DNA of 64,000 bases from Blasia pusilla. Lineage: Eukaryota. Under the pieces are notes generated by a model. That model was not told the DNA's origin and ran no database searches. It worked only from the letters and a program-made list of their open reading frames with translations. The stretch is from positions 34,224,001-34,288,000 of the forward strand of contig CM114271.1 in assembly GCA_050084515.1 (NCBI GenBank), written 5' to 3'. Shown here piece by piece: positions 27,489-39,617 of the stretch; positions within the stretch are counted from its first letter, which is position 1, and each line of letters begins with the position of its first letter. The translations under genes and the position numbers were made by a program.

Positions 27489-30309
27489 AGGACAAGAAAA
27501 TTCAAGGGAGTTGATTGCCTAGTGTCTACACACATCTTTTGGTTTGCATAACTTTGTATTCCTGATAATTTCGAGCTCGTACAGCCTTCAGAACAATGCA
27601 GACAAAGAAACCTACAAAATCAGGCAGGAACCCAAGAAATGAATAGACTCTCGCATAAACCATGTTCTAACTACAGCTCTCTGAGAGTGACATTCATGAA
27701 TTAAACCGGATGGATAGAAAGAGATGAGACCAAAACATCTCATCTCATCTCATCTCTTGAACCCCCTCTTGGCCTTAAGCTTGTAAACTATTTCTGCCAG
27801 ATAAATCTGCCAAGAGCAGGACTCTGAGATATGTCATTCCGGGTAATTTACAGATGAGTCATTCGGGGTAATGAAGGAGACTGTTGATAATATGTACCCA
27901 CCTGGCAATGTCTGCTTTTCCTCGACAACAATCTTACATTCAAATGTCACCAGCTGGATGGCGATGTAAGGAAGCATGCCACCCAATCTGCGACGTAATA
28001 AGAGGAATTGCTTTCTACCTTCGCAAAATTTCTTAGTTTGAGAGTATTATCTTGTACTGAATGGATGCAAAAACCAATTCGTGGTAGAGACAAGACCATG
28101 AGAAAAGTCAAAGAATCTCTTCTTTGAACGAGGCCCTTGCTGTTTGCAAGGGAGAACAACCTGATAGAGGCATGATCGTGAAACAATCATCTTTACTCCC
28201 AATTAGAAAACCAAAAATTTTGTGGTTGATATGACTCACTCTGGTGTATTGTGCCATACTAGTTGACGACTTAGAACTCTTTGGGCAATGTCTTGTGAGA
28301 GTTGTTGCACTTCTTTCCTTATACTTGTATATAATGTGCATTCACATTTTTTCTTGAGAAATAGTTTCTCCTCACTTTCATGTGATTCTCTTCTCATTCA
28401 CATCCGGAGAACAATTCACTTTTTCAATACAAGCTTTGGGAACAAGGGAGTTCACTTGGGTAAGATCATGTGTACATTTTCGCTCTTTCTGATTAGAATT
28501 GGATGGAACTCTCCACATGAAATGTAGAGGTTGTAGGATTTCACATTTCTATGACACAAAGATCCCTGTCAGAAGTGACCTCATCCATATTTGAACTTGC
28601 AGATTGTGTTTAGATATTGGGTATATGTGGGTGAGTTGCAGGTCTTTGTCCGGGTTGGCCATTGTCATTGAAGGTATTGGTGTAGGTCCAATCTTTGGAA
28701 TCACTCATATTGTCAACTCATAATTATAAACTTTCTTTTGCTAGTTATCTATGCCGCTATATACATAGCTTCAATTCCTATGGAGTACCCTCATGAAAGT
28801 TGACATTATGAGAGGTTGCAAAGATTGTACCTACATTAGCACCTTTGATGAAAATGGCTGATAATCTCTCTCGCCTATGAAGGTTGGACAAAGAGGAGAG
28901 AATTATTTACGTATTATTAATGAGTAAGAATACTTAAATCCATCTAAAATATGCATATATAGAATGATACACTCTTATGCAAAACTTGGAGTTTCGCAGC
29001 ATTTCCACCTCCATATCTAATTTCTTCCTTACTTAACGTGTGCAAGATCTGACTTGTTGTTGTCGAGGTCCTTTCACACCTTGGCGCTTACCATCGCCGC
29101 AAAAGTTTGCAAAAAATCAATTAGTCTCGTCGTCACAAGAGTGGAGGATTTCAAAGCCTTTTGCATTAGTGTTGCAAATGGCTTAGTCTATGGCACTCAT
29201 GCTAACGAGGACCCATAAAGTGATCCATCATCGTAGGTACAAGGAGGAAAGACCTTGGTGTGACCTTTCAAAGTTGGAACCTAGACTAGGTAGTTGCAAG
29301 ACTAGGAATGACAACAAAATTAAATTAAACCAGCTTCGGGACTAACACTAGGCGAAACACGCAAACGATACTGACCTTAGACGGGGAGTAGCTCTTCGCA
29401 AGGATAAGGGCAAGGCAAGCAAGGTGTGAGAACTTTGAGCTAAGATCCAAATCAAAGGCGAGAAGTAAGGAACATGTGAGTAGATAAGACGCGTGAGATG
29501 CCATAAGACTAGTTATGAAATGCAATGGATTGTAAGAGAACCACCACTCGCCGAATGGCAGGAGTTAAGACGGGTATAAGTCATGAGACACATGAAACAC
29601 GGATCCAAGCTCCAAGATGCATTTCAATAGTTAAGAGTTGCAGAATCTATAAGAACTCTCGCCCAAGCTATCTTGAGAGATAGTTAGGCAAACGTGGATG
29701 TATGGGTCGCTAACCACATTTGGGTTGAGGGCCAAAATCAATGGCCTCACGAGGATAATACAGAAAGCGTGTTTCCCGTGGAAATCTCCTGAAGTATCTA
29801 TAAGGGAGACACTCTCCCTCTCTACCCGCTCAAATCCATGAAGAAGGAGCTAATTGTAAAGCGTGTTTGGTTGTATTTTAGGTTTGAGCTAAGGGACCGT
29901 TTGGAGTATACCTTGAGGGATAAACAAACATGCTCTCGTATAGACGAGTAACTTGAGGAGATTGGTTGAGGCTTGGGGAAGAGGCTTCCGAGGGAGATGG
30001 TAAGCACTTGAAGAGACTTGATTTTATTAGCTATAGGGGGCTTCTTGACTACCTTAGAATGAGTAATCAATTACGTCTTTGAGACTCAAACCAAAAATTA
30101 TGCTTATAAAGCTTAAAGTTGGACGTGCTTCGTGCAAAAGCAAGGAGGAGTAGATGTTGAACTCAATGACGAGTGATATCCAAACCAAGGTTACTCAGAA
30201 ACAAACATGTGCACGGACATGCCCAACGAATCCTCCGTCCAGGTTTTTTCGATACCACGTTGGCCTGTGCGAGCTTGGGACGAGGAAATGGGTGCGGGCT
30301 TCGATTAAG

Positions 30310-32378
30310 GGATAAAGAAAACTGCTAAAGAAACATAACTGATGGAATACGACTCTCACACTCATACACCACCATGGAGAGCAAAATTTTGCAATGAAAG
30401 ATGTGAGTGGAGGGTGATGCTCTTTTCAATTATATAGGGTATGTATAAGCAACCCTAACCCTAACCCTAACCCTAACCCTAACCCTAATCCTAATCATAG
30501 ATATGAGTTAGACTAACTGTCATTAACTAATCATTGTTAAGATAATCACACTTAACTTATTAACTAAGATTAAGCTTTCCTACTTCGTGTGAGTCCTAAA
30601 TGTAATAGTTCGGATGTTCGATGAGCTTCACTATAACTCAGTCTTCAATACTCTCCCTCAAGCTCATATCGATATCTCTAACACCTAAATCATTTCTAAA
30701 CATCCCAAACTTATCTTTAGACAATGCATTTGTAAAGATATCAATAATTTGTTGATCTGTACCTTTTTACACAAGATCAATTTCTCCTACAAGCACTTTT
30801 CTCTAAAATGATAGTGCATCTTAACATGCTTTGTTTGAGGAGGAAACACAAGGTTGTTAGCAAACTTGAAGTTACTAATATTATTTTCCTATATTATACT
30901 AGGTCTTAAGTTACTAGCACCAATCTCAGCAAGTGATCGATGAAGCCACACCAACTTAGATGCTACATTTGATGTTCCTCTATACTTAGCCTCTTTTGAA
31001 GGTAATGCAACTGTAGGTTGCTTCTTTGTAGCCCAACCTATAACTGCGCTTCTCAAGATAAATGAATAACCAAATATGGAGAGTCTATCAGATACGTTTC
31101 CTACCCAATTAGCATCTATGAATCCATCTAATTATAGAATCGGGGAAGGTTCAAATTGAAGCCCGCATTGAGCAAAAAATTTCACATATTGCATAATTCT
31201 TCTCACAACATCAAGATGAGGGTTTCGAGATGTTTGCATAAATTTGCTCAATAGGCCAACTGCATAGCTCACGTTTGGCCTTGTTATAGTTAGATAGACT
31301 AAACTTCCGATCATGCGCGTGTACATATTAGAATCTGCAAGCAACTCTCCTTCATCCACTCTTAACTTCATACGCTTGTCCAATGGTGTAGAGATTGGCT
31401 TACAAGCCGTCATGCCATATCATGTCATACATCCTACAAGCCGTCATACAATATGCCGTGAAGAGCATATTGTCATTGTAATAACCACATTCTCTCTCCA
31501 ACTCTGATAAACTCAACACCAATTAAGGAAATACTTGAGTTCTTTCAAGTCCTTCATATTAAATTCTGCCTATAACTTTAGCTTGAGTTATTGTATTATA
31601 TCTTCAATACTCCCAAAAATCAAGAGTTCGTCAATGTACAACACAATGATAACTATATGACTTTGTCCTCTCAAGACATACATGAAGAGTTAGAATCACA
31701 TATCCTAAAGTTCTTGTACGACGTACACAATCTTTGTCATACCAAGCTCTTGGAGCTTTCTTAAGCCCGTGTAGAGATTTCTTTAACCTACATACACGGA
31801 ATAGAAACTCTTGATGCTTATATGTAGGTGGTTGAATCATGTATACCTCCTCATATAGATCTCCATTCAAGAAGGCATTCTTGACGTCCATGTGATGTAA
31901 TCTCCACATCTTACTTATTACAACTGCAACCACTATTCTTGTAGTCGCCATCTTTGCAACAAGGGTAAATTTCTCCTCATAATCAATGCCATATTGTTGT
32001 GCATAGCCATTGGCTACCAATCTAGCTTTGTATTTGTTTACTATATCATCTTGATTACGCTTGACTTTGTAAATCCATTTGCAACAAATAGTTTCCTTGC
32101 CGGAAGGTATATCTACTAGCTCCTAGGTCTATTGATGTCCTAATACAAAAACCTCTTCCTCCATAGTTTCAATCAATTTCACCTTGCTTACAACTTCTTC
32201 AAAATAACTTGACTCATGTTCTTGAAGGGTGGTTATCATACATGCATGATGTGTTGCAAGGAATCTTTCATTTATGAATCTATGAATAGGATGTGTGACT
32301 CTACTTGATGTATGAAGTTGTTGTTCACAAGTAGATGCCTATGACATTTTACTCAAGCTTTAACTAGTGTCAACAAAT
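30310..32378 (-). mobile_element. Decayed Ty1/copia retrotransposon, 3' part (RT, RNase H, PPT, 3' LTR)
   Basis: RT motifs KARLVANGYAQQYGIDYEE, HHMDVKNAFLNG and LKKAPRAW; MIGSLVYLTITRP; RNase H KKQPTVALPS...AKYR. Polypurine tract TGAGGGAGAG at 30660-30651, with the LTR starting at 30650. The left LTR boundary is approximate. Many stops and frameshifts. Confidence 0.9.
30453..30494. repeat. (CCCTAA)6 + TCCTAA telomere-like tract inside the copia LTR
   Basis: Read directly; hexameric TTAGGG-type unit. Confidence 0.9.
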
Positions 32379-35300
32379 GTACGTATCGTAGAAGCTTCTT
32401 CAAAGCAAGAGAACACTTTCCTATCATCCTCAAGAAGACCCAGTTGGATAGCAGCCTCCCTGAATGTTGGATATAATATCCCATGAATACTTCTCAAGCA
32501 TTCGTATGTAGTTGCTTGTCGAACAAGATGTAGGATTAATCTCAACCAATGACGTTCTCCTTCACCTACAAAGAAGTAAAATAGTTTAGCTCATCCCAAT
32601 ATAAATACATTGCTTTAGAGGATGGTAAATAAGCAAATATATATACAAAGAACTTTTGAGTATTTACCTGGATGAGGAAGGTATAAGCGGCCAATGGGAT
32701 GACCACAACCATTTATATTTTGTACCCTACAAATCCATGTCTCGTTACTCCAACGATAATATGTCGGAAAATCTGTACATAGATATTGTCGAGCATTGGA
32801 CTCAAATAGATTGGTTTCAAACCATTTGGTCAAAGTTATCTCCCTTTTTAGTTGCAAAATATCTTGAGGAGCGTCAACATCATTGAAGTACACTAATTGT
32901 TGCTCCGGAAGATGAATTGCTTATCGCACAATACTTGAAAGTTCAACATTTAGACTAAACTTGAAGAGACGCCAACATATTGCAGAAGAAGATATAAACC
33001 TGGAAAAAATAAGAAGTCCAAGTATTAGAGTATGGAGAATGAAATGAAGTTCATAAATAAAATATTAGAAGATTGCATCAATTAGAAGAATCATACCTCG
33101 CATCAAGAAATGATGTTGTCTCGTCAATAACGTCAATTGCGTTGGATGTATCCATATCCTTTGACAACTTAAGGGACACTACATCAAATCCCTTATAAAC
33201 AGATTTGTATAAGAACTTCACTTCGGAAATATTACATGTGATTTCCAAATTAATGTGACAATCGATGAGGGTGCATAACATAGGATTGTAAGGCACAACC
33301 CAACGATTATTGAATGAATGTTGGGACTTAATAATCGCCCTTCCATTCTCCAATCTACAAAAATACAATAAAGAATCATGAATACATTGTCATATTACAA
33401 ATAAGCCATTGATATTGCCTTATTATAGATAAGCCAACATAAAAGGATCCTTACCTGTGATAAATCGGATAGCCATATTCTGTCTCTATAATGATCGTCG
33501 CAAAAGCTTTAGGATAGCCTTTTGTACATTTTTTTGTTTCCTTGTCCAAACATGGGGCATTTGGATTTAATGGTCCACATGGCCCATGAACCATACAATT
33601 AGCAACCGTAGCATATAGCCTTGGATGGATAGATTGATCAGGGATTTCGGTTGAAATAATACGATCATAATTAGAAGTGGTATGTGGTTTATCCTCACGA
33701 CCTAAAATAATAAGTGCATGCACATGTGGAAAATCTATTTTTGGAATTCCACCACATTGATACATCCTACAATTCGACCCAATATCTACTTCTTGACGAT
33801 AAGTCCTAACAACTCCTTCTTTTTCTTCTAAAAAACCCGCACAACCCAATCAAGTCGGTGTGCAGCAGTTTGGCCATGTAATAAGGCGGATGTAATCTCC
33901 TCCCACTTTGGATTGCATGTCATGGTCAAAAAGTAGTCTGGCTTCCCCAAATGTCTTACAATTGCCATCGAATCTTGATATCATTGATGCATATGACGTG
34001 GCCATCCAATAAAAAAAGAAGATAATATAATGCTTCTCCCAAACCTTCGACTATCAACATCATAACAATGCATGATATCCTTTACACCTTGATATAATTC
34101 AGCCCTCAACTCCTTCAGATTTACGCAAACCTATGATAATTTTTGCATCTCTACATTGGCATAGAGGTCAACCATATATTCTTGAGTAAGTCAACCAAAC
34201 CCCTATAAGCGATTTTCATCTTGTCCTCCAATTTGTGTTTGAATTCGAAAACATGCAAATTACAAGGCCGCAACACTCTTTGTTCTTCTTTCCTCAACAA
34301 TATCACCATCACATTTTCCTCATCCATCCAATCCTCCAATATCTCCTCCCCACGAACAATATGGCCTGGTGGTTGGGATTCTCTGTAGCCTTCGATTCTC
34401 TCAAAGGATATTCCAAGATGCCAACCTGCTTCACGATAGATAAATAATAAAACAAAGTGTAATGAAATGTACACTTCATTGAGGTCAAATATACGCCTCA
34501 CTCTCCTCCGTGTAGACGCACAATTATATCACGATGGTCGACATGTTCACTTTCATACCCGGGAAAAATAGCAGCAACTCTAGAAGCAACTGGTAAGTTT
34601 TAACGCTTGGCATCAAGACCTTTCTTACTTGCCTTGAAGATGATCCGCATACTTAGATCCCTTGCTTCATATGCCATATGACGAAAGATCTTAACATATG
34701 GATTGCATTCATGTAACATGTCTTATAGACCTTTCAAAATATCTATATTAAGATCAGAAGATCTAGACATACATCTACCACGATTCTCCAGTTCATTTGC
34801 AGTATCATGATTATAGAGTTGAGAAAATTGGGGATGCCCCCCTATATCATGATGTAAGAGTCCAATTGAATGATAGATCCCGCCTTGGACCCTAAAATGT
34901 CCAATGCCACCAATTTGTTCATTGACATGCACTCTAGTAGATGCAAATTGAAGTGCATAATTGTAAGCTCGAGCATGTCTTAGAAAATGAAGACTTCTAG
35001 GACCAACACCCGAAATCAAGGACTTTAGGAATGGTAAATATTTTCCCATGGCCACAACACATGCCATAGGGTGAGTCACTAAACTTTGTACCTTTGACCA
35101 TTTCGCATTTCTAATGTAAAGCACGGCATGAGGAGCATATCTCTGTCATGGAACCCAATGTATGACGTCCATTGGTACGATTCAAACTCCTTTGTAATCG
35201 CAACTTCCTAACATCACTTTCTTGGAAATTTAGTCTCCTTGCAAGATTGAGGGATGTATTTAATCTTGTGATCCTATTAACAATTATACTCGTCTCGTAA

Positions 35301-35400
35301 CATTATGTCCCAAGATTTTTTAATCGTCGATAATCTTGAAAATTCCCCTTTTCCTAATATCATCTTGCCATTTCCTTGGAAGAATTCCCATTGCAAACTT
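32379..35400 (-). mobile_element. Helitron RepHel pseudogene, 5' half (Rep/HUH domain) with introns
   Basis: RHARAYNYALQFAS, FRVQGGIYHSIG...PQFSQLY..DT.NE, IAIVRHLGKPDYFLTMTCNPKWEEI, PHVHALI (HUH), MVHGPCG..NP.APC, NRWVVPYNP, KFLYKSVYKG, TFREAAIQLGLLEDD. GT-AG intron-like gaps, e.g. ~33454-33356. The 5' boundary is approximate. Confidence 0.9.
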
Positions 35401-35757
35401 ACCACTTACTGATACGCTCTACAACAAGTCAAGAAGGAAATTGTTAAATATCATTCTCCTAACTGCAAATGTATTCACTTGTAAAGATTAGTCTTGTAAC
35501 AAAAAAAGTAAAACTGACCTGAAAATTCATGAAGTTCATAGAACATTGGCTTAAAGTTGCTCCAGAGTGGCTTTTTGAAACTTACTTATTGAAGTAGGAA
35601 TATTTGTGTTAGGGTAGTTACCAGACTGTCATGAACCGTCAGCTCCAAACAAGCTAAAAACTCAATTAGTCTAGTCATCATCATTAGAGAAATAAAGAAG
35701 ACGTGCTAGTAACTTCCCATTGCTCGCCATTGTAGAAATCTGAAACGAACATAAATA

Positions 35758-36350
35758 CTATGATAAATGAGACAAGGTCTTGAGAACCTTAACTATGTAC
35801 AAAAAAATCTCTTGGTACCCTAATATCCTCAAGTTCATTCTACATGATATTCTAGACAACATACCATATGTAAGGTCATATGTAAAAGAACTTTTCAACA
35901 CAACAAGGCATGTGCCAACTATAGTGTTGCCTTGAGACTTATGTGTTGTTATAGCATATGACAACATGAGTGGAAAAGTGTTCTTTGTGTAAATGAACTG
36001 AGATATTCATCTATTGACTTTAACTTAAGTATTATTGCAAGCTAATTGAATGACTCTAGTTTTTACACTACCCTTGTGCAACAAGATTTCTTTTACAAAA
36101 CCTAAACAACCATTTGTTGCTCCTTTACTTACTTTAGGTTGTTAGTTAAGACTACCTTACAGCCTATTGCTAAAAAAGGTATCTGATGGAAATCACCTTC
36201 TTCAATCCAATATTGTAAACCCTCCACACTATATGCATCAGACTCTATAGAGATAGAAATGATGTCCGCCTCGCCAAAAAATCATCTCAAACATATAGTG
36301 TTGAATATATATATATATATATATACTCCATGTGAACATTTAATTGTAGT
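35758..36350 (-). pseudogene. PIF1-type SF1 helicase C-terminal fragment, distinct from the Helitron helicase
   Basis: VGCKVVLTTNLKVSKGATNGVVGFV...FPLMLSYAITTHKSQGNTI...TYGMLSRI; contains in-frame stops. Confidence 0.75.
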
Positions 36351-38099
36351 ATCATTATTTATAAAGTCTAAAGCCAGGTCATTGAAACCATGCATACTTT
36401 TTAGCATAGGTCAATGTCTTCTTAAGAGGGTAATGCGGATGGCAGAGTTGAAGACCCATCACGACATCAAAAGCAAGATGTGAAGCTAATAGTGCTCTAG
36501 GCTCCAACTCCATTCTTGTTAGGCTCACGATCGTCGTAGTGTGTAGTATCCTTCCAATCAGGTTTTTAAAATTGACTACGGAGGAGAGCAAAGATACAAA
36601 CTACGCAGGTTTACCATAATGCACAAATAAATGAACACAAAAGTCTAAAAGCTAGCTAACCTTCCAAAATGCAGACACCAAACGATGATCACGGAGAAAA
36701 CCAAAAAAAAAATTTGCAATAACAAAGCAACAGAGAAGACACTACACGAATATGCAAAAATCTATGAAAGCTAAAAGTTGTTCAGATGGCAGAGTCACAG
36801 ATTGAGTAGTGAGAAATAGTGATGAAGTTTTCCAATGAGTGTAGCCAAGTACTGAGCAAAAAAAGTGCAAAAATGCAACAACGTGCTAAGAAATCAGGAG
36901 GGAATGTTCATGCAACACGACTAGTGATTGAGAGCACCACGCAAAGAACTAAAGGTAGTATAAGAAACACAAGTAAAGTCGTAACATCGCTCGAGATAAA
37001 ACATATCAGTTTACTATGACGATATATCAACTTGAACACTAAGACACGAGGTCCGCATAGACTCGCGAATAGAGATGGAAACGCAATGATGGTGCTTCAT
37101 GGGTCTTATGGAGTTTAGAAAAGTCAGAAATAGAGCATCTGCAACCCGCCTTATGCATGGGTGTAATGAGATTGTATTTTTGCATGTTCCCCCATAGATG
37201 TCTACTACTTCGAATTCTGAGCTACAACATCACAAATACTCAAAGCTCCAAAAGTAAATGGATTGTCTAAATAGTCCCATTTACACTTTACATAAAGGTG
37301 GATGTAAGACATCAGCAATTCGAGAGGCTAACCAAGAAATACTATTAATGGTCATGGATGTGACTCAAGTGAGGATGTATGAAGCTACTCCTTCCTTCGG
37401 ATGAAAAGAGAATACATCCATAGTCTAATCAATGTAGATTCACAAAATAAGTCAAAGCATCGGACAAGAGTTTATAAGGCCACAAGGGATAAGGTGGAAC
37501 AATGTCAGGTTTGCCACAAGATTTGATGAATTCATCCTAATCTATTGAGGTGTGTGTCAGTGTTTGACTAAGTCACTTAAACAAGAAAATTTTAGAGCTT
37601 TTGAAAATGAAGATGGATTTATCTTCATTTCTATAATTGTTCATTGCAGTTCGATTGTGGGGTCCTATACCTTATTTGAACTCACATACACAGGTTTGTT
37701 CCAACCACAATCATTGTAGTGGAGCTTTGGTACTATAACATCGCCAAAGCCACAATGAACGTAGAACCTAAGTCTAGTGACCGGCCGCCAATCGAGGGCA
37801 TTGGGAAGTTTTGGTGAGAGAGCATGATATCCAAGTTGAAGTCCATCCTCACACAAGGGTTTACAGCTCATACAAGCAAGTATTAGAAGCGACCGCTCTT
37901 ACCTCTTACCTTTGCCATCTCTTACCTCTACCTTGATGGGATAATGCAAAGGCAGAGTTGAAGACGTTAACGTTGCTGCCTATGTTGACAGTTACTAGAA
38001 ATGCATCTCCAAGCTATTACACAAACAAAGGAATCAATGAGTTAAGTGACGTGAAGCTAGGCTACATGTGTTTCATGCCAATCACATGAACCGCCACAC

Positions 38100-39440
38100 G
38101 ATCGAGTTGTTGATTAAATATCTCCACACATCCGCCTATCTGTCCAATTGTCATGCACATCCTTCTTGGCAAGCATGTGACATCTCCACCAATCTTGTGT
38201 CAACCAAGTCATGGATCCTACTCAATCACCCTCTCCATATCATTGTACATTTGAGGGTCGTCAAAGATTGTGTCGCTAGACAACTCTATGCGAATCCCTG
38301 GTCCCTTTAGTGTACCCAAATCATGCATACTAAATGCAAAATAGCTCTTATAACTCCTCATGAACTTATGTATCCGGTGCCGCTCTCCTCTTGTCAACTT
38401 AGGTTCCATATCTATCTCCCAAGTCTTCATCGTGACTACGGTAGGACTCTCTAGCGGGTATAGGTCATTGCTATGGTACAACCTCGTCTCGCATAAAGAA
38501 ATGGACTCCTTCCCTACAACCAACTCCAAAATTCCGTCTCCTCCATGTGCAGTACCCAAAACTATGCTCGATGTTGTGGCTATAATCTCTCGATGTACTC
38601 GCAAAACATCCCAAGAAGTCCAAGGGTGTCTCTCTTGATCATCCCCGACATGTTAACCTCCTCAGGTCTCGCCCCTCGTCACTATCTCAATAAGCATGGG
38701 GCTCACCAATGCAGCAGTTGTGACCTATCGCAACCTCATCTGACGTTGCTCAACTACTCCCAAGTTGATGATCCATGTCAAGCAGTTCAGGTCCATTGCT
38801 TGACCCAAGACATGACGTCGTGATGCCTCTGATAATGATGGTACGGCATCATCCCTTTGGGAAATCCCATTGCTTCATCGGCGTTGGGCTCCACCAACCA
38901 TTGCATCTAGTCATCCCAAACCAAGAACCGGCTTCCTTGTATGCATAAGAACGGAAAACACACAACGTGAGAAAGTGGCATGTTGATTGACCACATTCAA
39001 TAGCGTTCGATCATCGTGCCTCACTACTTGTGATCAACGATCTTGATCTAGAATGGAATCCACCAACAAATAGGAGGGGCGCTCCATTCTCACATATGCC
39101 ATCGAAACACCTCATGTGACATCAAGTTGGTCCACCAAAGACGTGGGCGATGTGCTTGTGAACCTACACTAGTCGACCGTTCCATGCATACATGATGTGC
39201 ACTTGTCACCACCCTTGATATGGAATCGCCCAAAATTGGTACATTCTCCACAATGTAAGCTAAATATCGGAACTGATGCTCCTGCAATTGTTGCAAGATC
39301 CTCATTATCTCCGAAAACAACATGGATTGAGTGTTAGCTAACTCACGACCTCGTCTAGCACTCAACTTGCCCATACATGGCCAACCAGCAACGACCAAAT
39401 CAATGGTCCCTAATTGTAGGAGGCTCGAGGAATCGCAAGA
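38100..39440 (-). mobile_element. Ty3/gypsy-type pol relic with a C5-cytosine DNA methyltransferase domain upstream of the RT
   Basis: MTase motif IV IDLVVAGWPCMG, VI YIVENVP, VIII GSQAHRPRLWWTN, IX EPNADE/AMGFPKG, X RRHVLGQAMDLNC. These are followed on the same strand by pre-RT/RT start YKSYFAFSMHDLG...IRIEL, DLVDTRLVEMS and AKKDVHDNWTDRRMCGD. Frameshifted and truncated at both ends. Confidence 0.82.
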
Positions 39441-39519
39441 GCACAGAATTACATGAATGAGTACGAGAATCGAACACAATGCCTACTGTTACAAACTAAA
39501 CCTTTGCACAAATCCTAAC

Positions 39520-39617
39520 GATGGCGGAAAGTGCCTACAAATTTCCCAAGTACTAGTGGTTGATTAGGAGAGGTTCTAGATTCTTTAGTTAAATCTGTCA
39601 ATCCATGGTCAAGAAGA
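39520..39617 (+). mobile_element. Displaced upstream piece of the copia element (other side of the inversion)
   Basis: Reads KSVNPWSRRV up to GTAC at 39618. It would join the copia sequence left of 32379 if the inversion is reversed. Confidence 0.5.

Noticed and set aside
39090-39479. Treating the methyltransferase ORF as a functional host DNMT or bacterial contamination
   Set aside because: It lacks motif I, is frameshifted downstream, is tied to an RT fragment and is embedded among plant transposons.
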